Below are positions 1-9,922 of a stretch of DNA of 61,897 bases, piece after piece. Each line of letters starts with the position of its first letter. Positions within the stretch are counted from its first letter, which is position 1. The notes under the pieces were generated by a model that did no database searches, was not told the DNA's origin, and was given only the letters and a program-made list of their open reading frames with translations. This DNA comes from Asterionella formosa (Eukaryota): positions 1 to 61,897 of the forward strand of contig NKIB01013225.1 of NCBI GenBank assembly GCA_002256025.1, given 5' to 3'. The translations under genes were made by a program, and so were the position numbers.

Positions 1-124
1 TGATGCTGCCCTGCAAAAGTGTAAAACGTAAAGTAATAAGAAAATAATTTTTGTAGTATTAACGGAGTAAAAATAAACACGGTTTGGGGGGAAAATATAT
101 ACATGTACAGATAGAAAAATATGC

Positions 125-331
125 ACTGTAAGCCACCGCTATGCAATAATCTTAGTGACTTTGGAAAAATTATTTCTTCATGGCTAGATACACTGAATCA
201 AAACTGATTCCTTAATAGTATAGCAGAGAGCATTGTCTAACATAAGCTTTGTACTTGCGTCAAGTTTTGATCGTTGAATTACATAAATATTTTTAGTCGA
301 AAGATAGAGTAAAATAGCGGTGGCTTACAGT
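125..331. mobile_element. MITE with perfect 18-bp terminal inverted repeats
   Basis: ACTGTAAGCCACCGCTAT (125-142) and its exact reverse complement ATAGCGGTGGCTTACAGT (314-331) flank an AT-rich non-coding core. No clear TSD. Confidence 0.75.
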
Positions 332-585
332 TTTTAAGTGGTACCAGGTATCATGTACTGGTTGCTACATAGTCCCCTGTAAACATACGTACATCATGAC
401 TATCATATATCCTGTGCTGAAACAAAATAAGGAGTCCATTTCTTTCTTTTCTGTGATGACACGCAATCTGTTTTTGCGTTGGTTCTGATTAGGGTACCAG
501 GTACTTCATTGGCTTTTCTTCTCTACTTACACAATCCTCAAATATCCTATTGAATCGGGCCTTCCGAGATAAAAATTGATTGACT

Positions 586-2961
586 ATGTTATCTCCACTT
601 GCAGCATTGACTGCTGCTGCTTTGTTGCTCCAAGAAACGTCAAGTTTTCACGTTCACCAACAAATTGCCAAGTCCCCACTACCTAAAGCTACTCGCTCAC
701 TCGTCGCACCATTCAAATCAAGGGGGTGCAACAGCATTTATCCCACGAGAACGATGCAAGCAGCGCCTCTCTACTCGCTCACTTCGCTCTATGAAGACAT
801 CAAAAGAACCGCAAAGGGAGGGGATCCTAGAGTCGTCTTTGTGGGCGGAAAAGGAGGAGTTGGCAAGACAACAGTCTCATCGGCTCTGGCCGTCACGTTG
901 GCCTCATCCTACGAAAACGATCTCAAAGTCTTGATTGTATCGACAGATCCTGCGCACTCCCTAGGTGATGCCCTTGATGTAGATTTGCGAGTTGGACATG
1001 GCAAACCAATAATCATGACGGATCCTGTCACCGGGGGGCGTCTTCATGCTTGCGAAGTAGATGCTGCAGCTGCCTTGGATGAGTTTCGAGCAAACCTCGC
1101 TGCTTTTGATGTTAATCGACTCGCAGATGCACTTGGGGTATCTCCCGAGTTGCTTGATTCACTTGGTCTCAAAGAATTTAGTGGCCTTTTAAACAACCCT
1201 CCACCTGGCCTTGACGAGTTGGTGGCCCTGGCATCTGTGCTCGATCCAAAAGCAGCCGCATCGGAATATGATGTAGTTATTGTGGACACTGCTCCTACAG
1301 GACATACCTTGCGTCTACTAGCGCTTCCTCAGTTTTTAGATGGATTATTGGGAAAATTGATAAAGCTCCGAATGAAGTTAACCGGCTTGGCATCAACATT
1401 ACAGGCCTTCTTTGGGAGCGGAGAAGCACAACAGCGAGCTCAAGCTATCGATAATGCATTAGATAAGCTCGAGGAATTCCGGAAGAAAATGACTGCTCTA
1501 CAGAAAAGGTTGAAAGACAACGAAAAGACTAGTTTTGTCGTCGTATCTATTCCTACCAAGTTGAGTGTCGCCGAAAGCAAACGTTTGATAACTGAGTTGA
1601 CCAGCCAAGGCGTATCTGTGACTGACATTGTTGTCAATCAGTGTGTAGGGAAAATAGGAGGTGAAGCTACAGAGGCAATGAAAATTTACTACGAGAGACG
1701 AAAAGCTGGCCAAACAAAATGGGTCGAACTATTACAAGAAGCCATCGATAAAGTCAGTAAAACAAAGGAATACCTAGATAACGGTGGCACAGGGAGGATT
1801 GGTTTGGTTTCTGTTCCTTTCTTTGACGTCGAACTTGTCGGAGTTCCAGCACTGGCATATTTGGGACGTGAATGCTTTATCGAAAACCCAAATTTTTCTC
1901 ATTTGATGCAAGGAAATGCCGATGCCGGAACAAAGGTAGTTATTTGTGGCGGTAAGGGTGGAGTAGGCAAGACAACAACATCATCTTCGCTAGCTGTTTC
2001 CATGGCTGCCCAAGGTCACAATGTTGCATTGATCAGTACTGATCCTGCCCACAGTATTGGCGATGCCATTGCTATGAATCTTGATGGAGGAGCTCTGATA
2101 GACTGTCCATTAATCGGAGTACCACCAACAGAAGGGTCCCTGTCTGTTCTTGAAATCGACCCTTCCGCTGCTCTTGGTGAGTTCAAAGGGGTCGTAGACA
2201 AACTCCTTGGAAAGAATAAAGATGATTCTGCAGGTGAATTGGGTAACACTCTTCGCGAGCTTGGAGAAATTTTTGATACACTTCCTGCTGGCACAGACGA
2301 AGTCGTTGCTCTAGCAAAGGTTGTCAATTTGGTAAAGAAGGGAGGGTTTGACCGCATTGTCTTGGACACAGCACCCACGGGGCACACTCTTCGAATGCTC
2401 AGTACACCGGGTTTTATTGCCGAGCTAATCGACCGTGTTCTTGTCATATCTGAAAAGATCAATTCCAACGCTGTTGTGAAGATGTTGGTTGGTACAATTG
2501 GTGGAAATCAGGAAGAGATGAGTGCAGCTGCTATTGCCGCAAAATCGACTTTACTGCAATTCCAGCTTCAAATGTATGATCTTGAGGACTTGTTCGCTAA
2601 CCCAGATCAAACAGAATTCCTGATTGTAACAGTACCAACAGAGCTAGCAGTTCGCGAAAGTGTTCGCCTTCTGAATGACTTGACGTACGACTCTCCCGAT
2701 ATGCCCATTAAAGTGCGAAGTGTTGTTGTGAACCAGGTCCTTAGCGACGATGGGAATGATATCGAGACATTTCTTACCACACAGAAAAATGGGCAGACAG
2801 AATCAATAAATGAGTTGCAATTAGTAGCGGCAGCATTAGCCAGGCCTGCAATATTGACGCAAGTGCAATATCTAGATACTGAACCGAGAGGCGTTTATGG
2901 CTTGAAAGTGCTAGCTGAAGAGCTCATGAAAGAAAAACAGCCAACATATGCTGGCGAGTAG
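586..2961 (+). CDS. Tandem-domain ArsA/GET3-family ATPase, probably plastid-targeted
   Basis: Two complete ArsA domains, each with GGKGGVGKTT, STDPAHS and DTAPTGHTLR motifs. N-terminus is a hydrophobic signal followed by TSS-F and a basic/Ser-rich transit-like region. First ATG is at 586 (the ORF track starts at TTG 580). Confidence 0.92.
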   Translation: MLSPLAALTAAALLLQETSSFHVHQQIAKSPLPKATRSLVAPFKSRGCNSIYPTRTMQAAPLYSLTSLYEDIKRTAKGGDPRVVFVGGKGGVGKTTVSSALAVTLASSYENDLKVLIVSTDPAHSLGDALDVDLRVGHGKPIIMTDPVTGGRLHACEVDAAAALDEFRANLAAFDVNRLADALGVSPELLDSLGLKEFSGLLNNPPPGLDELVALASVLDPKAAASEYDVVIVDTAPTGHTLRLLALPQFLDGLLGKLIKLRMKLTGLASTLQAFFGSGEAQQRAQAIDNALDKLEEFRKKMTALQKRLKDNEKTSFVVVSIPTKLSVAESKRLITELTSQGVSVTDIVVNQCVGKIGGEATEAMKIYYERRKAGQTKWVELLQEAIDKVSKTKEYLDNGGTGRIGLVSVPFFDVELVGVPALAYLGRECFIENPNFSHLMQGNADAGTKVVICGGKGGVGKTTTSSSLAVSMAAQGHNVALISTDPAHSIGDAIAMNLDGGALIDCPLIGVPPTEGSLSVLEIDPSAALGEFKGVVDKLLGKNKDDSAGELGNTLRELGEIFDTLPAGTDEVVALAKVVNLVKKGGFDRIVLDTAPTGHTLRMLSTPGFIAELIDRVLVISEKINSNAVVKMLVGTIGGNQEEMSAAAIAAKSTLLQFQLQMYDLEDLFANPDQTEFLIVTVPTELAVRESVRLLNDLTYDSPDMPIKVRSVVVNQVLSDDGNDIETFLTTQKNGQTESINELQLVAAALARPAILTQVQYLDTEPRGVYGLKVLAEELMKEKQPTYAGE

Positions 2962-3222
2962 TCAATAGTAATGCCAACGAACTTGTAGTCTTTCTGATTC
3001 ATCATTTTTCATTTGTCTTGTAATGTATACAAATACGAAGTAAAATTGTGTTGAATTGCGACAGTAAAGACATATGATCCCCTCAGCACCAATAGGGCGA
3101 ACGCTAGACATGAATTCAACTGTTCCATGTTCCAGCACCAAGCTGAATGGAATAAAATTAGTTTACAAGTACATATAATTAGTGAAACAATTCTGACATG
3201 CACGGCGCGCAATTGCTGGCTA

Positions 3223-6200
3223 TCAAATGTCCTCTGATTGACAAGCGCCGATTCTGGACACCATGAGAGTTGATTTGCTATCGCCAGCCAAATTGAGAGT
3301 ACCCAAATGTCCCCATGCTCCCGCCAATGCTGCTCTCTGAACAAAGTGATGATCTAACGGCTGCAACAACTCTAAATGCCCGGTTGGGGCAACGTCCGTA
3401 TCCCAAGTCCTCCCCATGTATCGCTGACTCCAATAACCGTCGCCCTCAAGCCCACGAACAGTCTTTCCGTTTATGCCACCCCAAGCCAGACCTAAATTGT
3501 AGACCTTAACATGACGATTGGTAAACTGGACCAGAGACTCGATCGCAAACTGAGAAATGGAGAACTCTTGGACATAAAGACCAATCTGTAAGTCAAAACG
3601 ATTTTTGTATTCTTCAATTGTAGAGTTGCAGTCAACCTCACCAAAGGTAGCTTCAATCTCAGATCGAGGATAGGCATATGGATGGAACATCAGACTCCTC
3701 GTGACGTCACTTGGCAATGGCCCGTGACAACAGATGAGCGACGATGAGAAATCATGTGAGCTCGTAGCGAACAAGGAACCTGCATTGAAAAATACTGTAT
3801 CCCCAACTTCCACCTCATTCGCGTGACAGGCCTTCTGCAGGTCACCTGCCGAATGGAAAAATCTCATTTTCTTAACCGGGACAGCACATGCATTGTTAAT
3901 TCGCCGAAGCTCATCAACCTCGAAACTTCCAATGCCCTCTACTCCAATTCCACGTGATCGCATTACGTCGATCAGACGAGCCCAAATTCTGGGTGGAACT
4001 CTCCTTGACTTAAGATCCAAAATCACACATAGCTGGGCTCCGAGCAAATTCGAGATCTCCCGTGCACTCTCCGCCATGGCTCCCATTGTGTGGTCTGTCT
4101 GTATCGAGTTGCGATCTCCATAACCAAGACAAAGGAACATTCCGCAGAACGGTTGTTTCAATTGCTGCATATGCATGTCTTCATCATCGCGGTCATCCAT
4201 GTCTGGGACGTCAAGCAATGAAATGCCATCTCTCTCCAGTTGAAGGGCTCGAGAAAAGATCCGTAACCATCGCTCAATAAAAATCCCTGCTGACTTCGCA
4301 TTTGATTTGCCGGGTACATTTGAAATGGCACCATCAGGCACCGTTGCATGAACTGACTTTCCGCCATAGTCGGATGCACTCTTCCAATTTTTTGGTAACC
4401 CTGTTCCAAGTTGCTGCTTTCTCCGATATAGTCTAAGCGATTCTGCCTGTTCGACTATGGACGAAAAGTTGAACTCCGGGACCAACCCAATGGCTTCTGA
4501 AACCAGCTGAGAGGCAGACCCATGCGCCAGAATCATTCGATTCACAAGTCGCGAAATTTGTCGATCAACTTCCATTTGTGCAGCTGTCCAACCCTCGTTG
4601 GTATTTTGTAAGTCCACTTGCTCCAATGCTTCCTCTGCCTTTTTAACAATAGCTGGATCCAAAAAGACGTCCCACTCGATTGTCGGTCGAATTCGGGGCC
4701 GGCTAGGGGCTTGGTCACGTTTCCTGGATATAGGTTGAACATATCCCACATTCAGATTATGGTGACGTCGAACTCGTTGGGTTGATGTAAAGTAGCTCTT
4801 TTCCATATCCTGATCCTTTGATGAAACAGGAGTCGTCATCGCAAGATCACTGCACTCCTTGCCACAATCACTTTGCAGGATCCCATAGGCTGCAACAACC
4901 GGGTTGTTTTCTGCCCACTTCATAATTCTGGCCATTTTGGCACTCTTTTTGGATTGACTTGCATGTTTCAACACTTCGATGATATCAGCATGGGATTCTG
5001 GCATGAGCAGTCGTAAGATTCTCATCCATTTCCTATCTTCAAGCATCATGGGTGCTGCGGATGCGAAAGAGCCGTGAACATAGGGGATTCTGTACAAAGG
5101 AGTGATGGGAATACTCATGGCCCCTTCCTGGTTAACAGATTGGCAAGAAAAGGTCAAGTCAATTGATGGCGCAACGCCATTCAAGGCCAAGGGTGATTCA
5201 TCACTTCCCACAATCCCACTATCCCCATCTGTGTGAAAGGTAGAGTGGGGCTGCCGATAGAAGCTGTAATCATCGTCTAGAAAAGAAGGCTGTTGTGTCC
5301 CCTGTTCTTCATCTAATCCTAGTCTTTCACTAGATATGGAGTCAGCAACAGGCCTTTGATTTAATATGACAGTATCAAAGGCCTCCATAACACCATCGTC
5401 TTGATCGAATGTTGCCGAGGAAACAATTGCAGAACACAGTGACTCCACATCCACTACACCTGGACGGCGAGATTTTTTGGAATGTTTGCTACTATATCCA
5501 GATGAGTCTTCATAGACATCATCACAACTATTGCTCTCGGTCAGTTCAGGTTCTTCTGAGCGGACAATGTAGAGGTTTCCGTCCAGTTGTGGTCGATTTT
5601 CTTGCACTGTTCTGCAATGTTCCTTTTTGTTCGAGGACGATTTATCTTTTGATAATATAAAACCCCCATGCGTAGCAGTAGGAGAAATCGATTCATCGTT
5701 ACTGCAGTTCAAATCAGTAGCTTTGGCTTCACCTATAGAGGGTGATATTATTCCAAGTTGATCATTGGTTTGAACAGACTCCTCCTTGATGGACAGAGAG
5801 CAGCTAGGGTTTGATCCATATGTATAAGATGTTGAGTTTCCGCTTTGCTTTCTGCTAAAACTTGTCTCGTTCCCGAAGGAATGCGAACAGCTAGCTTTTG
5901 TTTCGTACGTATACGAAGTTACGTTTCCACTCTGATTTCTGCTAATGTTTTCTTCTTCCCCAATATATTGCGAATCTGTCTCGTCCTCGGAGTACTGGGA
6001 GCTAGTATGGTTTGTTTCATGAGTATGATGTGTCGTATTTCCGCTTTGATCACAGCTAACACTTGTCTCATCTATGAAGGATCGCGAACTGGTAGGGTTC
6101 GTTCCATACACTGAAGGTGATATGCTTGCACTATGCTGACTACTTCGACTTCCGTTGTCTCTGAAGGATTGCGAACGACTATAACTTGTTCCATACGTTT

Positions 6201-6576
6201 CAGGAGTTCCACTTTGATCATGACTTTGGCTTGTCATTGGCTGCACAAACGAGGAAGCCTCGTCCGGCGGACGTTGGATATCTACAGACTCGGTATCGGC
6301 AACAATAGCAAGGTTTCCAAGAGACTTTGAGCACGTGGGAGACTTATTAAAAGACACTCTGTACCGATCTGCACAATCAGTGCTGTCACTCTCATTCGAG
6401 CAAGCAGGAGAAATGTCTTCGTCAATCGCAGAATGCAGCAGCATCTCTTGATGCTCAACAGGCACGATGTCTCTGTTTCTATCGCTGTTTAATTGATCTG
6501 TATGGAGCCATTGATGCTTAGAGGTGGAAGGGTTTGTCGTCAATGGAAACAAGGAAGCACTATGCGATGCCGCCAT
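3223..6576 (-). CDS. Uncharacterised 1117-aa protein: Ser-rich disordered N-terminus, globular alpha/beta C-terminal domain
   Basis: Single long ATG-initiated ORF with normal coding composition. No family was recognised with confidence. Confidence 0.8.
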   Translation of the reverse strand: MAASHSASLFPLTTNPSTSKHQWLHTDQLNSDRNRDIVPVEHQEMLLHSAIDEDISPACSNESDSTDCADRYRVSFNKSPTCSKSLGNLAIVADTESVDIQRPPDEASSFVQPMTSQSHDQSGTPETYGTSYSRSQSFRDNGSRSSQHSASISPSVYGTNPTSSRSFIDETSVSCDQSGNTTHHTHETNHTSSQYSEDETDSQYIGEEENISRNQSGNVTSYTYETKASCSHSFGNETSFSRKQSGNSTSYTYGSNPSCSLSIKEESVQTNDQLGIISPSIGEAKATDLNCSNDESISPTATHGGFILSKDKSSSNKKEHCRTVQENRPQLDGNLYIVRSEEPELTESNSCDDVYEDSSGYSSKHSKKSRRPGVVDVESLCSAIVSSATFDQDDGVMEAFDTVILNQRPVADSISSERLGLDEEQGTQQPSFLDDDYSFYRQPHSTFHTDGDSGIVGSDESPLALNGVAPSIDLTFSCQSVNQEGAMSIPITPLYRIPYVHGSFASAAPMMLEDRKWMRILRLLMPESHADIIEVLKHASQSKKSAKMARIMKWAENNPVVAAYGILQSDCGKECSDLAMTTPVSSKDQDMEKSYFTSTQRVRRHHNLNVGYVQPISRKRDQAPSRPRIRPTIEWDVFLDPAIVKKAEEALEQVDLQNTNEGWTAAQMEVDRQISRLVNRMILAHGSASQLVSEAIGLVPEFNFSSIVEQAESLRLYRRKQQLGTGLPKNWKSASDYGGKSVHATVPDGAISNVPGKSNAKSAGIFIERWLRIFSRALQLERDGISLLDVPDMDDRDDEDMHMQQLKQPFCGMFLCLGYGDRNSIQTDHTMGAMAESAREISNLLGAQLCVILDLKSRRVPPRIWARLIDVMRSRGIGVEGIGSFEVDELRRINNACAVPVKKMRFFHSAGDLQKACHANEVEVGDTVFFNAGSLFATSSHDFSSSLICCHGPLPSDVTRSLMFHPYAYPRSEIEATFGEVDCNSTIEEYKNRFDLQIGLYVQEFSISQFAIESLVQFTNRHVKVYNLGLAWGGINGKTVRGLEGDGYWSQRYMGRTWDTDVAPTGHLELLQPLDHHFVQRAALAGAWGHLGTLNLAGDSKSTLMVSRIGACQSEDI

Positions 6577-7852
6577 GATGTCAATCTAAATTTGGATACC
6601 GGGTTGATCAATCGACTGAAGTAAAGTATCCCGTCGCTTCCGTTTTCGAATGTCAAATAACTTCTATGTTTCTTCGGCTATTACAAACCGGTGTATACCA
6701 GGTAACCTTGTGGTCGTGCTTTCCAAACAAAAAAGAACCGATGCTTCTTGGCATCGGCTAATATATATGCAATACTTTAATTGAGCATACCGGTAGGTAT
6801 GTAGAAGCACACAACATTGATACATATAATGGATATTTTGGAATGGTCGTGAATGTACGTTGCATGTGCTTGTGTGTACATCTGGTGCATTGATAGAATT
6901 TTTATATTCGTAGACGAAGATTAAAATGATTACTTTGATATCTAAATAAGCACTATTCGCAGTTTAGATTTGTGGTTTCCGTTGCATTTCGTTTCAAACC
7001 TGGTAACCCCCCTGCAAGCGCGAGTCGAGAGGAGGAGCAAGCCATAGCAATCGTCGCTAGCAAGAGGGCGTCGCCAGGCTTGCAGGCGCAGGGATTTGCA
7101 AATTTCGTTCACGAATGCTCGTGAACAAACACCGACCCCTCGGCCTGCCTCTGGTGCCTCCTCCTGCCACCGGTACCTGGTACCTGGTTTCAAGCAAGTT
7201 TACCAGACTTTCCGTCGCATCTTATGTTGACATACATAGTACCAGGGGACCACAGTTTGAAACCCAGTTTACAAAGCGTCGGGAATGTGTATTGAGGCGG
7301 GCAGGCGCAGGTACGAAACTCCTGTACCAGGACCACTGTTTGAACCAGTATATACAGAATTGTGCATGCGTATTAGACGGGCAGGCGCAGGTCCGAACAC
7401 TTGTCTTCGCATTGTTTGATCATGATTCCGTTCCCTCGTGTGCTTCCACCTGGAAACTTTTTTTCTACGTGGAAAATATACTAGTGACATGGATGATGAC
7501 GTGTTTTCAGCACCATTTATCAGAATCCAAATGATAGTGATGCACCCACCAACAACCGTACGTTACTCTTTACCTGCTACCAGGTACCAGGTACCTGGCC
7601 CCATATGAATACCAGGTACTCTCACGTGATGAATGTGTTCACTGTGGTACATACATACATAGCTGTACATATCTGAAACAATGATGAGTTGACAACGATC
7701 CCAGTACATGAGGAAAGGCGCATTGAAATTTCGACTACCGGTACTGCCGGTATTCATTCGTTGTTGAGTGGTGCAATCGCCATTGCCGTGCTGCTCGTCA
7801 ACAATGGTGGAGACTAGAGGTAGTTGCAGTGTTTCATGAATCAAAGTAGACG

Positions 7853-9129
7853 ATGCGCGCTCTGAAGCAAAATGGCGTATCCGAGTTTCTCCCCTGCCAG
7901 CCAATTGCTCGCCTATTGGGGCACGACGGTCCTATTCAAGATGTTTGCTTTTCAAGTACGTTAATAATTTTGCAAATGCGACCTACCGGTACTCCTTCAC
8001 CGATAGATCAATGGCATCAATCGAACGAGGCGTGGACTCCCAATGATGACAATTAATTCGCGCTTGGACTGAAATCTCTTGACGACAACTGAATTATATA
8101 TTCCTTTACTTTGACCTGAGGGAGTGCACCACAATACCGACGCCTTGATCGAACCATGGAAAATGCGTTTGGCCACTCGATAATTACCGCCTTTTCCTCT
8201 GCTGACACTACTGTTGCCCCATTACAGCCGAAGGGAAGTACTGCTTGACTGCTGGCCATGATCGAACTGTCCGTCTCTGGAACCCAGCTAGATTGGATCC
8301 CGCCCATCATCGCCCGCCAGCCAGGGACCTTCGCACACAGCTACTCCCGCAAGCCCTACCCATTCAATCCTACTCACATACACATGGTGTGACTGCCATT
8401 TCTGTCAACCCCACCACTCTTCTGGCAGCCTCGGGCAAGTCGGTGGTTGTGACAGACCTCGTCACCACCAAACCACTGCGCACGTATTCCTCTCATACTG
8501 GCGTTGTCAATGCTGTGGCCATGACTTCTGAACTCTACCTCTCAGCAAGCTATGATGGAACAGTGCGCCTGTGGGATGCCAAATCTCGCTCGTACGATGC
8601 CATTCAATGCCTCGAGGAAGCGACCGACAGTGTCACTTGTGTCATGGTGCATGGGGCGATGATCCGAACTGCGTCAGTTGATGGAATTGTGAGAACCTAT
8701 GACGTACGCCAGGGACAAGTGCACTGTGATAATGTAGGAAGCCCTGTTGTGAGTATGGACTTGACCAAGGATGGCCAGTGTGTGGTCATTGCCACTTTGG
8801 AGGGGGATGTTGTCCTCATGGAAGCTTCTTCCGGACAACTGTTGAACACCTATGAAAGGGCCCACACGGCTGGCAAATATGCATTGCAGTGTTGTGTGAC
8901 TGCAGATGACAGGTACATTGCATCTGGATCCGAAGATGGCAGGGCAGTTTTGTATGACGTTGTCACTGGAACCATGGTGCAGTCCTTGGAAGGCCACAAA
9001 CGTGCAACGTGTGCCCTGGCAACACACCCGAAACGAGACCATACCAGTGTGGTCGTGACGGGAAGTTATGATGGGACAGCAGTGGTATGGGCACATGATT
9101 CATCGTTCTTGCGGGTCGAAATTGATTGA
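7853..9129 (+). CDS. WD40-repeat protein, WDR83/MORG1-like (exons 7853-7955, 8228-9129)
   Basis: Removing the GT-AG intron 7956-8227 joins LLGHDGPIQDVCFS to TEGKYCLTAGHDRTVRLWNP in frame. ASYDGTVRLWD, ASVDG..RTYD and SGSEDG motifs are typical of WDR83. Confidence 0.85.
8032..8129 (+). ncRNA. Intronic box C/D snoRNA, U37/SNORD37-like, with two guides
   Basis: Terminal stem GTGGACTCCC/GGGAGTGCAC (9 of 10 bp). Box C ATGATGA 8043-8049, D' CTGA 8069-8072, C' TGACGA 8080-8085, D CTGA 8116-8119. Both guide segments are complementary to conserved LSU rRNA sequence. Confidence 0.85.
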
Positions 9130-9922
9130 TTCAATTCTAGAATTTCGCGATGTTTGAAAAGTCTGGAAAAGGTCAGTCGCAATGGTGTACGGTAGTCAAA
9201 AGGGATCAATCTGGTGTACAAGAAATGCCCGTATTTGGTATAGTCCACTGCACTGGTAGTGGGAAGGAAGTCCCATTGAAACCGAAATATGGTTACTCTT
9301 AGATAAATTGCAATTGCCTTTCCTTGATCTTTGACGTCAAGGTCACGTCGTCGTTCTGCATGTGCATGAATAGACACTTGAACAATTCAACCATTCCACT
9401 TATCAGAACTCATTATGAAGAAAATAACAACCCCGTCCAAGAAAAAAATATTAAATACATTGGAGTTCTTCATAGACCATTGTTGTGATGTTGCAATCGT
9501 AATATTTGAGGGCCAAGTATCAACCAGTATCCGTGCTAGGTCGTGCACCGGGTAACAGATATCTGGTGCTCCCTCATACCACCTCAAGTACATGGAGCGA
9601 TGGCGCCGACTCCTTCATCGCGTGCCGTCGTGACATCACGATGTACGAACCAAATTCTCACCGATCGGTTATTTTTTAGCCATGTCTGTAGTATTACCGT
9701 ATCGGTACACTTGCATTGGATGTTGAATATTTTAAATACCATGTATGTAACTCTAGTATGATATTATGAGCAACATCTTCGCACATAGCTAACAGCGTGA
9801 CCGTCTACTACGATTTCGATTCGTTGCTTCGCTCGGAGATGATCTTCGATTTTCGACGTTTTCTCATTCGTTGGAGCATTTGCAACATAAAATAGTTAGC
9901 ACTCATAAACACACCCAACGCA

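Noticed and set aside
7168..7190. GGTACC(A/T) arrays as telomeric repeats or Dcm/KpnI restriction-system sites
   Set aside because: Arrays are short, mixed in orientation and interstitial. No methylase or nuclease genes are present.
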